A stretch of 64,000 nt of DNA from an uncultured Solirubrobacterales bacterium (GTDB taxonomy: Bacteria > Actinomycetota > Thermoleophilia > Solirubrobacterales > Solirubrobacteraceae): assembly GCA_963760155.1 (NCBI GenBank), contig CAVXBL010000003.1, forward strand, positions 58,663-122,662, written 5' to 3'. Of the stretch, positions 27,860 to 35,854 are shown in pieces (position 1 is the first letter of the stretch; each line of letters begins with the position of its first letter). The notes under the pieces were generated by a model that searched no databases, was not told the DNA's origin, and saw nothing but the letters and a program-made list of their open reading frames with translations. The translations under genes and the position numbers were made by a program.

Positions 27860-28083
27860 GCCGCGGCGACGAACCGAAGATGCTCCAGATCCTTGCCCGA
27901 GCGTCGCCCTGAAAGCTCATCATCCGGCGTGAGCACCGTGCGCAGCGCATCGAGCACGTTCTCCCGTGCCTCCTCTCGCGTGCGGCCCTGGCTGAGAGCT
28001 CCTGGGACCTCCAGCACACGCGCGACGACCCAGCCTGCCTCGTCGGGCTCCTCGAAGGCGATCGTGAAGTCAATCGAGGACAT
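27856..28083 (-). CDS. hicB: HicB-family antitoxin (short, no HTH)
   Basis: EEPDEAGWVVARVLEVPGALSQGRTREEARENVLDAL. Confidence 0.88.
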   Translation of the reverse strand: MSSIDFTIAFEEPDEAGWVVARVLEVPGALSQGRTREEARENVLDALRTVLTPDDELSGRRSGKDLEHLRFVAAA

Positions 28084-28233
28084 GGGCACACAGTAGCGCC
28101 TCGCACGCTGGGCAGCGAGATCGATGAGACTATCGTCTGATCTGGTAGTAGCCCCTCGTGGTGCGCTCCCTAGAGTCCCTCGGCCCCGGCCGGACGACGG
28201 CCGCCTCGAATACCGCCGCCAGGGCCGTCGAGG

Positions 28234-28262
28234 GGTTCGAGAGCTTCCTACCAAGTGCACTG
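28234..28262. repeat. Direct repeat copy 1 (partner at 29758-29787)
   Basis: GGTTCGAGAGCT-TCCTACCAAGTGCACTG. Confidence 0.85.
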
Positions 28263-28338
28263 GGAGGCCAGCTGGCCCTCCGTCGAGGCCCTCGTAAGCT
28301 CCGAGAGACTTTACGCCGGCGACGCGTGGATCGAAAGG

Positions 28339-28563
28339 TCAGGCCGCGATCCCGACCTGCGGCGGCGGCAGCATCTGCAGGAAGTCGGCTGGCAGCTCAC
28401 GGCTAGCGTGCCAGAACTCCAGGCCAACAATCCGCCCCGTCGTGGGATCGAGTTCACGCAACCCTGTGTCGGTCTCCTCGGCCACGACGGTACTCGGGTC
28501 ATATCCCTCAAAGCGCACCCACGCGATATCCGCGTCGCTGTCGTAGTGTCCATCGATCCGCAT
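28339..28563 (-). CDS. DUF2283 family protein (putative antitoxin)
   Basis: YDSDADIAWVRF...ELD..TGRIVGLEFW. Confidence 0.82.
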   Translation of the reverse strand: MRIDGHYDSDADIAWVRFEGYDPSTVVAEETDTGLRELDPTTGRIVGLEFWHASRELPADFLQMLPPPQVGIAA

Positions 28564-28572
28564 GGCTACAGG

Positions 28573-28812
28573 CTAGCGCCGCCGCCAAATCGTCACAACA
28601 CGCGCCACGAGAGGATCATCGCCGTCTGGATACTCGTAAGCAACCACCAGGCGACCGGCCATAATCAGCCACGCCGCCTCGCCCTTGTTGCGTCGGCGCC
28701 TGCGATGCCCAGCAAGCAGCGCTTCCTCCACGTCATGCCGAGCAAAGCCGAGTTGCCGCGCCTTGTCGAGCGCGTGAAGCGTCCATCGGACGGAGATCGG
28801 TTCGGTCGGCAT
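28573..28812 (-). CDS. DUF4258-like putative RelE-fold toxin
   Basis: WTLHALDKARQLG....DVEEAL...LVVAYE.....VVTIW; directly upstream of DUF2283. Confidence 0.75.
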   Translation of the reverse strand: MPTEPISVRWTLHALDKARQLGFARHDVEEALLAGHRRRRRNKGEAAWLIMAGRLVVAYEYPDGDDPLVARVVTIWRRR

Positions 28813-28852
28813 CGCGCCGCAGGCTACGCCCCGTTCCGGATAATCCGCCTGC

Positions 28853-29425
28853 CTATATAGGCGATTGCTGGGCTTCGTAGCGCTTGGCGTTCTGTCGTAT
28901 GGCGTAAATGACCCCTTCGACAAGCGCTAGATACTCGTCTACCTGCTTGGTCGTGACCTCACGCCGGGGGCCGTGAATCGCAAGATTGCGCATCACCGTG
29001 ATGCCCTCAATCGCGTTGACCGTCAGCCGACTGATTAGACCACGCGTAGCCGCCAGCTGCACCAACTGAGCAGCACCCGCATCGTCAGGCGGCTTATCGC
29101 CGATCCCTTCTAGGGTGGTACGAAGCTCCTGCTCGACTAGACCAAATGCCTCGGCTATAACCATCTCGGGCACCTGCGCCGCAAGGTCTGTAAGGTCGGG
29201 AGCCTCGGCACGAACGGGCACCGGAATACCAGCCTCGCCGAGATTGGTCTCGACCTTGGACGCCGCACGATCAAAGTCGGCCTTAAACGGGCCGGCCTCA
29301 ACGTGGCGCAACCGGTCAGTCAGCAAGGTCTTGAGCTGGCTCCGAAAGACAAACACGATAAAGACCACAGTAAAGGGCCAGACCAGCGAGCTAACCAGCG
29401 AAGCGATGAACTGCTTGGCATCCAT
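28853..29425 (-). CDS. N-terminal TM protein with C-terminal HEPN/DUF4145-like domain
   Basis: TM helix LVWPFTVVFIVFVFR; C-terminal MRNLAIH (RX4H) in a helical domain. Confidence 0.65.
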   Translation of the reverse strand: MDAKQFIASLVSSLVWPFTVVFIVFVFRSQLKTLLTDRLRHVEAGPFKADFDRAASKVETNLGEAGIPVPVRAEAPDLTDLAAQVPEMVIAEAFGLVEQELRTTLEGIGDKPPDDAGAAQLVQLAATRGLISRLTVNAIEGITVMRNLAIHGPRREVTTKQVDEYLALVEGVIYAIRQNAKRYEAQQSPI

Positions 29426-29439
29426 AGACCGAGCGAACC

Positions 29440-29785
29440 TACAACAAGGTGCCCCATGCAGCCGATAGGTCGCATAAGCGATGCATTCGAAATGCTGCTT
29501 CCTGCCGTGCGAACCCGTGCGCAGCGAACAGCTCACCGACTCTTTGGAGACATGGCGCCCGAGCAGGCGCTCTACACCAGCAGGGACTTCGCCGGTCCGC
29601 ATCGGCCTGTCTGCCGCCGTGAGCACTTGAACGACCGCCCGCTGAACAACTCCATTGCCAAGACGCTTCGGTGGCGGCTGCAACGACGGCGGCTGTAACG
29701 CCCGTCGCTGGACTCGACTTCGCAGCAAATCCAGAATGGATCGCAGGCTTGGCGACAGGTTTGAGAGCTGTCCTACCAAGTGCAC
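29440..29785 (-). pseudogene. Winged-helix-like ORF remnant starting at the repeat (VHLVGQLSN)
   Basis: VQRAVVQVL.AADRPM..GEV...VERLLG..VSKESVSCSL; reads in frame into the TM-HEPN gene. Confidence 0.4.
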
Positions 29786-29787
29786 TG
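29758..29787. repeat. Direct repeat copy 2
   Basis: GGTTTGAGAGCTGTCCTACCAAGTGCACTG. Confidence 0.85.
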
Positions 29788-29928
29788 CTCGATCGATGTT
29801 GGAACCGGCAGCGTGGTTCCATCATTGTTCCCGGTTCCGCGCCCGCGCCCGCGCCACTGCTGCATCGTTGTCTGCGAGCCAAGACCCGCCTGGGTGCGAT
29901 GCCGCCACACTGGTTACCCTTGACGACC

Positions 29929-31110
29929 ATGATCACTGGAAGGCTCATCGCGTTGACGCTCGCACTGGCCGCCCTCGCACCGGTGAGCGCAGCCTTCGCA
30001 GACACACCGGCCCCGTCAAGCGGCGGGAGCGCCCAGACGACGCCTCCCGCCTCCACGCCCACGACGCCCGCAGGGCAAACGGCTCCGTCAACACCCGCGA
30101 CGACCCCCACGGCGCCCGTGCCCGTAAAGCCCACGGCGCGCACTAGCCTGACGGGGTTGCCGTCGGGCACGATCACGGACGGCACCGAGCCGCTGCGGGT
30201 ACGACTGTCGGCCCCGCCAGCACCCAATTCGCCGATGCCGATGCTGACCCCGAGCGTGGCCGGCAGATGGAGCGTGACCGGGGACGTCGTGTCGTTCACG
30301 CCGACCTCAACGCTGGAGCTGTGCTCAAGCTACACGCTGACAGTGTGGGCCGGGACGGACGCGACCGGCGCGTCGCCGTTGGGCCACAGCCGCAAACTAG
30401 CGCTGCAAGTGGCGTGCCCGTCGCTGCGTGGCCTGCAGCAGGCGCTCGCGCGCCTGCGCTACCTGCCCTACGCGATCGACGCGGCTCATGGCCGCAACAG
30501 CGGCAACAAGCCGGAGTCACGCGCGCTGGCCGCCCACTACGCCTTCAGCCCGCCGGCCGGCAGGCTGGTGGCAAGCGTGCCCGACGCGCCAGGTCTTGCC
30601 TATGGCGCCCTCGACCCCACCACGCGCGGCGCGCTGATGGTGTTTCAGGACGATCACGGGTTCTCGCCCAGCGGCGTGCCGGACCGCGCGACATGGGCGA
30701 CGCTGCTGGCCGCCGAGGCACTCGGCCACGGCGACCCGGCGCCCTACACGTTCGTGACCGTCTCAGAGGCGAGCCCAGAGACGCTCGAGGTCCATCGCGG
30801 GACGCGTGTGGTGCTATCCACGCCCGCGAACACAGGCGTGGCTGGAGCTGAAACGGAACTCGGCACGTTCCCGATATATGCCCGCTATGTGTTGACCACG
30901 ATGAGCGGCACGAACCCCGATGGCAGCCACTACGAAGATCCGGGTGTGCCGTGGGTCAACTACTTCAACGGCGGCGACGCCGTGCATGGCTTCCCGCGCG
31001 CCTCCTACGGTTTCCCGCAGTCAAACGGTTGCGTGGAGCTCCCGATCGGGACAGCGGCGCAAGTCTACCCACTGCTCGCGATCGGAGACCTCGTAATCGT
31101 CAGCGGCTGA
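29929..31110 (+). CDS. L,D-transpeptidase family protein, copy 2
   Basis: Signal peptide, Pro/Thr linker, same architecture as copy 1 and VHGFPRASYGFPQSNGCVEL. Confidence 0.88.
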   Translation: MITGRLIALTLALAALAPVSAAFADTPAPSSGGSAQTTPPASTPTTPAGQTAPSTPATTPTAPVPVKPTARTSLTGLPSGTITDGTEPLRVRLSAPPAPNSPMPMLTPSVAGRWSVTGDVVSFTPTSTLELCSSYTLTVWAGTDATGASPLGHSRKLALQVACPSLRGLQQALARLRYLPYAIDAAHGRNSGNKPESRALAAHYAFSPPAGRLVASVPDAPGLAYGALDPTTRGALMVFQDDHGFSPSGVPDRATWATLLAAEALGHGDPAPYTFVTVSEASPETLEVHRGTRVVLSTPANTGVAGAETELGTFPIYARYVLTTMSGTNPDGSHYEDPGVPWVNYFNGGDAVHGFPRASYGFPQSNGCVELPIGTAAQVYPLLAIGDLVIVSG

Positions 31111-31119
31111 GAGCCGAGT

Positions 31120-31150
31120 GACGGGCCGCCGGCGTCAACCGGCGGCCGTC
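31120..31150. terminator. Hairpin between convergent genes
   Basis: GACGG-GCCGCCGG-cgtcaa-CCGGCGGC-CGTC. Confidence 0.55.
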
Positions 31151-31172
31151 TCTCAGAAAGATGCCTGCGGCT

Positions 31173-31616
31173 TCAGCGTCCAGCGTCGCGGCGGCTACGC
31201 TGCGTCACGACGATCGACAGGCCGAGACCGACGAGCAGCACACCGGCGAGGATCACCCAGCGCAGGTCGAGGCCCGTGAATGGCAATGTCGAAGCTTTGG
31301 CCGTGGTGGTGGTCGGTTCGCTGCCGGTTTTGGCCGGCGCCGTGGAGCTGGTGGGTGTGCTCGACGTGCTCGACGGTGACACGCCACCTTTCGCGGTGGA
31401 CGTCGGTTCAGTTTTTGTCGTAGGCGTCGTTTCAGTTTTTGTCGTCGATGTCGGTTCCGTTTTCGCAGCAGTGGTGGGGGGGGTCGTGGTCGTCGTTGTC
31501 TTCGGTGGTGCGACCGGCTGGGTATAGCCCGTCGTGGGTGCCGCCGCGACGGCGTTGGCCCCGGGCGCGATCAACGCGAGCGCGAGCGGCAAAGCCACAA
31601 GCCCACGTAGCGCCAT
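31173..31616 (-). CDS. Thr-rich LPXTG-type (LPFTG) cell-wall-anchored protein
   Basis: Signal peptide, Thr/Pro repeats, LPFTG + hydrophobic helix + basic tail. Confidence 0.8.
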   Translation of the reverse strand: MALRGLVALPLALALIAPGANAVAAAPTTGYTQPVAPPKTTTTTTPPTTAAKTEPTSTTKTETTPTTKTEPTSTAKGGVSPSSTSSTPTSSTAPAKTGSEPTTTTAKASTLPFTGLDLRWVILAGVLLVGLGLSIVVTQRSRRDAGR

Positions 31617-31969
31617 TCGGCGCCGGCGCGAACGTCCACGTCCGATCGGTGCTGCATCTGCAGGCTGTGACCTCTGGGAGGCCGTCACGTCATTTCGCAT
31701 CTTGCTGTCTCCCGCGTCCGGTGATCGCTTGGGCCTCTGACTGAGAGACCCCTCATATCCTTTGAGAATCTCGCCGATTGCTCGACGATGCCGCAATTGG
31801 CCAGTCTACTCGACAACCCTTTTACTTCCAGGCTCGATTCTCCTGCATGATTTTCCGCAAATCCCGCATCCCCAAACATACGCCAGGGGTCAGACAGCCA
31901 CATTCGCGGACCCAATCGACCCGACCAGCAGGGACGACAAAGGTTCACCGCATGCTCACACGCCGGTCC

Positions 31970-33604
31970 TCACACACCCGCCTTCACGCGTCCCTGCAGC
32001 GTGTTGTCAGCGAGTTGGGCGCGCAGCACCTTCTTGTCGAACTTGCCGACGCTCGTCTTTGGGACCTCCGCGACGAACGCGAACTCGTCGGGAAGCCACC
32101 ACTTCGCGACGCGTCCGCGCAAGTGCTCGAGCAGATCCTCGGCTGAGAGCTGAGCGCCCTCGCGCAGCACGACGCAACACAACGGTCGCTCCGCCCACTT
32201 CTCATCCGGCTTGGCGATCACGGCGGCCTCGATCACGTCCGGATGAGCCATGACCTCGTTCTCGAGCTCCACCGAGGAGATCCACTCCCCACCGGACTTG
32301 ATCACATCCTTGGAGCGGTCGGTGATCTGGATGAACGAGTGCTCGTCGATCGAGGCGATATCGCCGGTGCGCAGCCAACCGTCGTGGAAGCGCTCGGCGC
32401 CGGACTCATCATCGAAGTAGCGGGCGGCGATCCACGGTCCGCGCACCTCCAGCTCGCCGCTGGACTCGCCGTCCCACGGCAGCTCGGCGCCGTCGTCGTC
32501 GACGAGCCGCGTCTGCACCCACGGCAGCGGCTTGCCCTGCTTGGCGCGCTGATCCCAGTAAGCCTCGTCGTGTCCGGCGCTCTCGTCCGGACGCGAATAG
32601 CTCGCGACCGGGCTCGTCTCGGTCATTCCCCACGCCTGAAACACATTGACGCCGTGACGTTCCTCATAGTCGCGCATCAGCTGGCGCGGCACCGCGGAGC
32701 CGCCGCAGGCGGCGTTGGTGAGCGAGGAGATGTCCACGTCATGCGTGTCGGCGTAGCGCAGCAGGTCGGCAAAGATCGTGGGCACGCAGCCCATGATCGT
32801 GGGACGCTCAGCCTCGATCAGCTTCGCCAGCGGCTCGGCCTGCAAGAAGCGGTCGGGCATGATCAGGTCGGCGCCGGCGAGCGCCGCCGCGTGCGGGATG
32901 CCCCACGCGTTGACGTGGAACATCGGCACGACTAGCAGCGCCCGGTCGCGCTGGGAGAGACCGAGCGCATCCTTCATCAGCGACGCCGTCGAGTGCAAGC
33001 AGATCGACCGGTGCGAATAGAGCACTCCCTTCGGATTGCCGGTCGTGCCGCTGGTGTAACACAGCGCGGCCGCCTGGCGCTCGTCGAGCTCTGGATATTC
33101 GAACGGTCCGGGCGCGACCCGCTGCAGGAGCTCCTCGTAGCGCAGCGCGTTCGGCAGCGAGCCGCAATCGCCGTCGCCCATCACGATGTAGTTGCGCACC
33201 CCCTCGAATGTCGGTGCGAGCTCCTGCAGGATCGGCACAACCGAGTCGTTGACGAAGATGACGCCGTCCTCGGCATGGTTGACGATGTAGGTGATCTGCT
33301 CGGCGAACAGACGAACATTGAGCGTGTGCAGCACGGCGCCGATGCAGGGCACCGCCATATAGAGCTCGAGGTGGCGCTGGTTGTTCCACGCAAACGTGCC
33401 GACGCGATCGCCCTGTTTGACCCCTAGCTCACCGAGCACCCGCGCGAGCCGATCGACGCGCTCGGCGACTTCACCGTAGTTGGCCCGCACGGTGCCGTGA
33501 TCTGTGAGCGTCACGACCTCCGTGCCGGGATGCACGCTGCGCATGCGGTGCAGCGGGTGCTGGAGCGTCAATGGAAAGTCGTCCTGCATCAACCCTTCAA
33601 GCAT
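31970..33604 (-). CDS. Long-chain fatty-acid--CoA ligase (AMP-binding family)
   Basis: [25 protein letters not shown] and [20 protein letters not shown]. Confidence 0.93.
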   Translation of the reverse strand: MLEGLMQDDFPLTLQHPLHRMRSVHPGTEVVTLTDHGTVRANYGEVAERVDRLARVLGELGVKQGDRVGTFAWNNQRHLELYMAVPCIGAVLHTLNVRLFAEQITYIVNHAEDGVIFVNDSVVPILQELAPTFEGVRNYIVMGDGDCGSLPNALRYEELLQRVAPGPFEYPELDERQAAALCYTSGTTGNPKGVLYSHRSICLHSTASLMKDALGLSQRDRALLVVPMFHVNAWGIPHAAALAGADLIMPDRFLQAEPLAKLIEAERPTIMGCVPTIFADLLRYADTHDVDISSLTNAACGGSAVPRQLMRDYEERHGVNVFQAWGMTETSPVASYSRPDESAGHDEAYWDQRAKQGKPLPWVQTRLVDDDGAELPWDGESSGELEVRGPWIAARYFDDESGAERFHDGWLRTGDIASIDEHSFIQITDRSKDVIKSGGEWISSVELENEVMAHPDVIEAAVIAKPDEKWAERPLCCVVLREGAQLSAEDLLEHLRGRVAKWWLPDEFAFVAEVPKTSVGKFDKKVLRAQLADNTLQGRVKAGV

Positions 33605-33635
33605 CTACACAACCCCCTCTACCGTCGCTGGTTCG

Positions 33636-34871
33636 TTAGGCACGTTGCTCGGCGCGCCCACGTGCGAGCTCGCGATAGACGCCAACGGTGCGCTGTGCGA
33701 CGTCGCTCCAGTCGAACCTGAGGACGTGCTCTGAGGCCTCTGTGACGAGTCGGTCGCGCAGCTGCTCGTCGACGAGCAGCCGTTCGATCATCACGCCCAG
33801 GTGCGGCGCGTCGCCGCCGTTGAAGCGCAACCCCACGCGCTCGCCCGCGGGCACCACCTCGCGCAGGCCACCGGTGTCAGCCACGATGCAGGGGCAACCC
33901 GAGGCCATCGCCTCCAGGGCGACGAGCCCGAACGGCTCATACAGCGAGGGCACCACGCACAGATCGGCGATCCGATAAAGCGAGTGCAGCGCGTCGTCGC
34001 CGATCCAGCCGAGGAACACGCCTTGCTCGTTCAAGCCGAGCCGTTCGGCTTGCTGCTTGAGCTCACCTTCGTGCGTGCCGGAGCCGGCGACCAAGAAGCG
34101 CACGTTGCCGACTTTTTCGATGACGTCTGGCAGCGCGTCGAGCGCGAGCTGGAAGCCCTTCTCGTAGACGAGCCGTCCGACCAGCAGCACGAGCCGCTGC
34201 TCAGGACGTGCGAACTGGAGACGCAGCGCCTGCAGATCGTCGACGGGACGCAGGTCGGCCGGGTCGATGCCATTGGGGATGACGGTGACGCGCCGCTCGT
34301 CGATGTCATAGATGTCGGCGACGTGGCCGCGCATGTAGTGCGAACAGGTGATCACCGAATCGGCGCGCTGGGCCATCCAGCGCTCAATCGCGTGGATGTG
34401 GGATTGCGGCGGTTTGTCAACCCAGCCCTGATGGCGACCGTGCTCGGTGGCGTGGATCGTGGTGAGGTAGGGCACCTCCAACAAATCCGATAGCGCAGCG
34501 GAGGCGTGCGCGACCAGCCAATCGTGACCGTGCACGAGATCGTAAGTGTGCTCTTCGGCGAGCGCGCGGCCGCTCGTGAGCATGTCGTCGTTCATCTGGC
34601 GCACCCACGCCAAGAAGCGATCGAGGTCGCGCGGCCAGCCCGGCTCGCGCACGCGATGGACGCCCACGCCGCGCAGTTCCTCGACGGTGCGCTCCAGCGC
34701 CGCCGTGTGCTCTACTCCGTCCCGCCCTCCGCGTTCCCCTCCGCGGGTGAGCACATCGACGACCGTGCCCTGAGCGACGAGCTCCTCGGCTAGCTTGCGC
34801 ACGTGACGAGCAAGGCCACCCTCGATTACCGGCGGATACTCCCAGGAGAGGATCAGGACACGTCGGGCCAT
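33636..34871 (-). CDS. Glycosyltransferase family 4
   Basis: SWEYPP...GGLARHV, HGHDW, VIPNGID and PSLYEPFGLVALEAMASG. Confidence 0.93.
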   Translation of the reverse strand: MARRVLILSWEYPPVIEGGLARHVRKLAEELVAQGTVVDVLTRGGERGGRDGVEHTAALERTVEELRGVGVHRVREPGWPRDLDRFLAWVRQMNDDMLTSGRALAEEHTYDLVHGHDWLVAHASAALSDLLEVPYLTTIHATEHGRHQGWVDKPPQSHIHAIERWMAQRADSVITCSHYMRGHVADIYDIDERRVTVIPNGIDPADLRPVDDLQALRLQFARPEQRLVLLVGRLVYEKGFQLALDALPDVIEKVGNVRFLVAGSGTHEGELKQQAERLGLNEQGVFLGWIGDDALHSLYRIADLCVVPSLYEPFGLVALEAMASGCPCIVADTGGLREVVPAGERVGLRFNGGDAPHLGVMIERLLVDEQLRDRLVTEASEHVLRFDWSDVAQRTVGVYRELARGRAEQRA

Positions 34872-34929
34872 CGCCTGCACCCTATCTCGCCCGGCCCGAG
34901 CAGGAGATGCCGGTCGGCGTGGGCGAAGA

Positions 34930-35823
34930 TCAGACCATACCGGCGGCGCCTCCCCGCCTCGCGCCTGCCTGGTCGGACTCCGCCCCACCCGCGCCCGGCA
35001 GACGCGCGCGCATGATCTCCACAGCGCGCGGGTTGGAGTCGATCAGCGTGAAGCGGCGATCGAGCGCGGCCGCGACAGCGCCGAGCGTGCCGGAGCCAGC
35101 GAAGAAGTCGAGGCAACGCTCGCCGGGACGTGTGGAGGCAAGCACCATACGCCGCACAATGCCCTCCGGCTTTTGGGTGGGATAGCCGGTCTTCTCAGCG
35201 CCGCGAGTAGGCACGATCGTGTGCCACCACACGTCGGTGGGCAGCTTGCCGCGCGCGGCCTTCTCCGGCGTCACGAGGCCGGGCGCCATGTAGGGCTCGC
35301 GGTCGACGGCCTCTGAGTGAAAGAAGTAGGCGCGTGGATCCCTGACGTACACGAGGATCGTGTCGTGCTTGGCCGGCCAGCGCCGCCGCGAACGCGCGCC
35401 GTAGTCGTACGCCCAGATGATCTCGTTGAGGAAGCAGTCGCGCCCAAAAATCTCGTCGAGCGCCAGCTTGCAATAGTGGGCCTCACGGTAGTCGATGTGA
35501 AAGTAGAGCGTGCCTTCACGCGCGAGCAGCCGATGCGCATGCGCCAAGCGCGGAGTGAGAAACGCGAGGTAGTCGTCAAACGCGTCCCCGTAAGAACTCT
35601 CGGCAAGCAACCGCGTGGTGTAGCGCCGGCCCTGAAACCCGGTCCTGTCGCCGTCCTCATCGGACACCGTCGCGAGCGTTCGGCGCGCCTGCGAGCGCCC
35701 GGTGTTAAACGGCGGGTCGATGTAAATCAGCTGAAACGAACCATCGGCGAAGCGCGGCAGGATGTCGAGATTGTCGCCGAGCAGGATCTCATCGGCCAAA
35801 TGAGGGTGTGCCGCGCTGCTCAT
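34930..35823 (-). CDS. Site-specific DNA methyltransferase (N6/N4, beta class), no adjacent nuclease
   Basis: GDNL, IYIDPPFNTG, YPTQKP and DFFAGSGT. Confidence 0.9.
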   Translation of the reverse strand: MSSAAHPHLADEILLGDNLDILPRFADGSFQLIYIDPPFNTGRSQARRTLATVSDEDGDRTGFQGRRYTTRLLAESSYGDAFDDYLAFLTPRLAHAHRLLAREGTLYFHIDYREAHYCKLALDEIFGRDCFLNEIIWAYDYGARSRRRWPAKHDTILVYVRDPRAYFFHSEAVDREPYMAPGLVTPEKAARGKLPTDVWWHTIVPTRGAEKTGYPTQKPEGIVRRMVLASTRPGERCLDFFAGSGTLGAVAAALDRRFTLIDSNPRAVEIMRARLPGAGGAESDQAGARRGGAAGMV

Positions 35824-35854
35824 GCACGCGAAGGCTATGTGCTGCTCCCGACGC

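Noticed and set aside
27590-31172. att duplication of the tRNA-Leu 3' end
   Set aside because: No copy of GGTTCGAGTCCTCTCATCCGCA found; the 28234 repeat shares only GGTTCGAG
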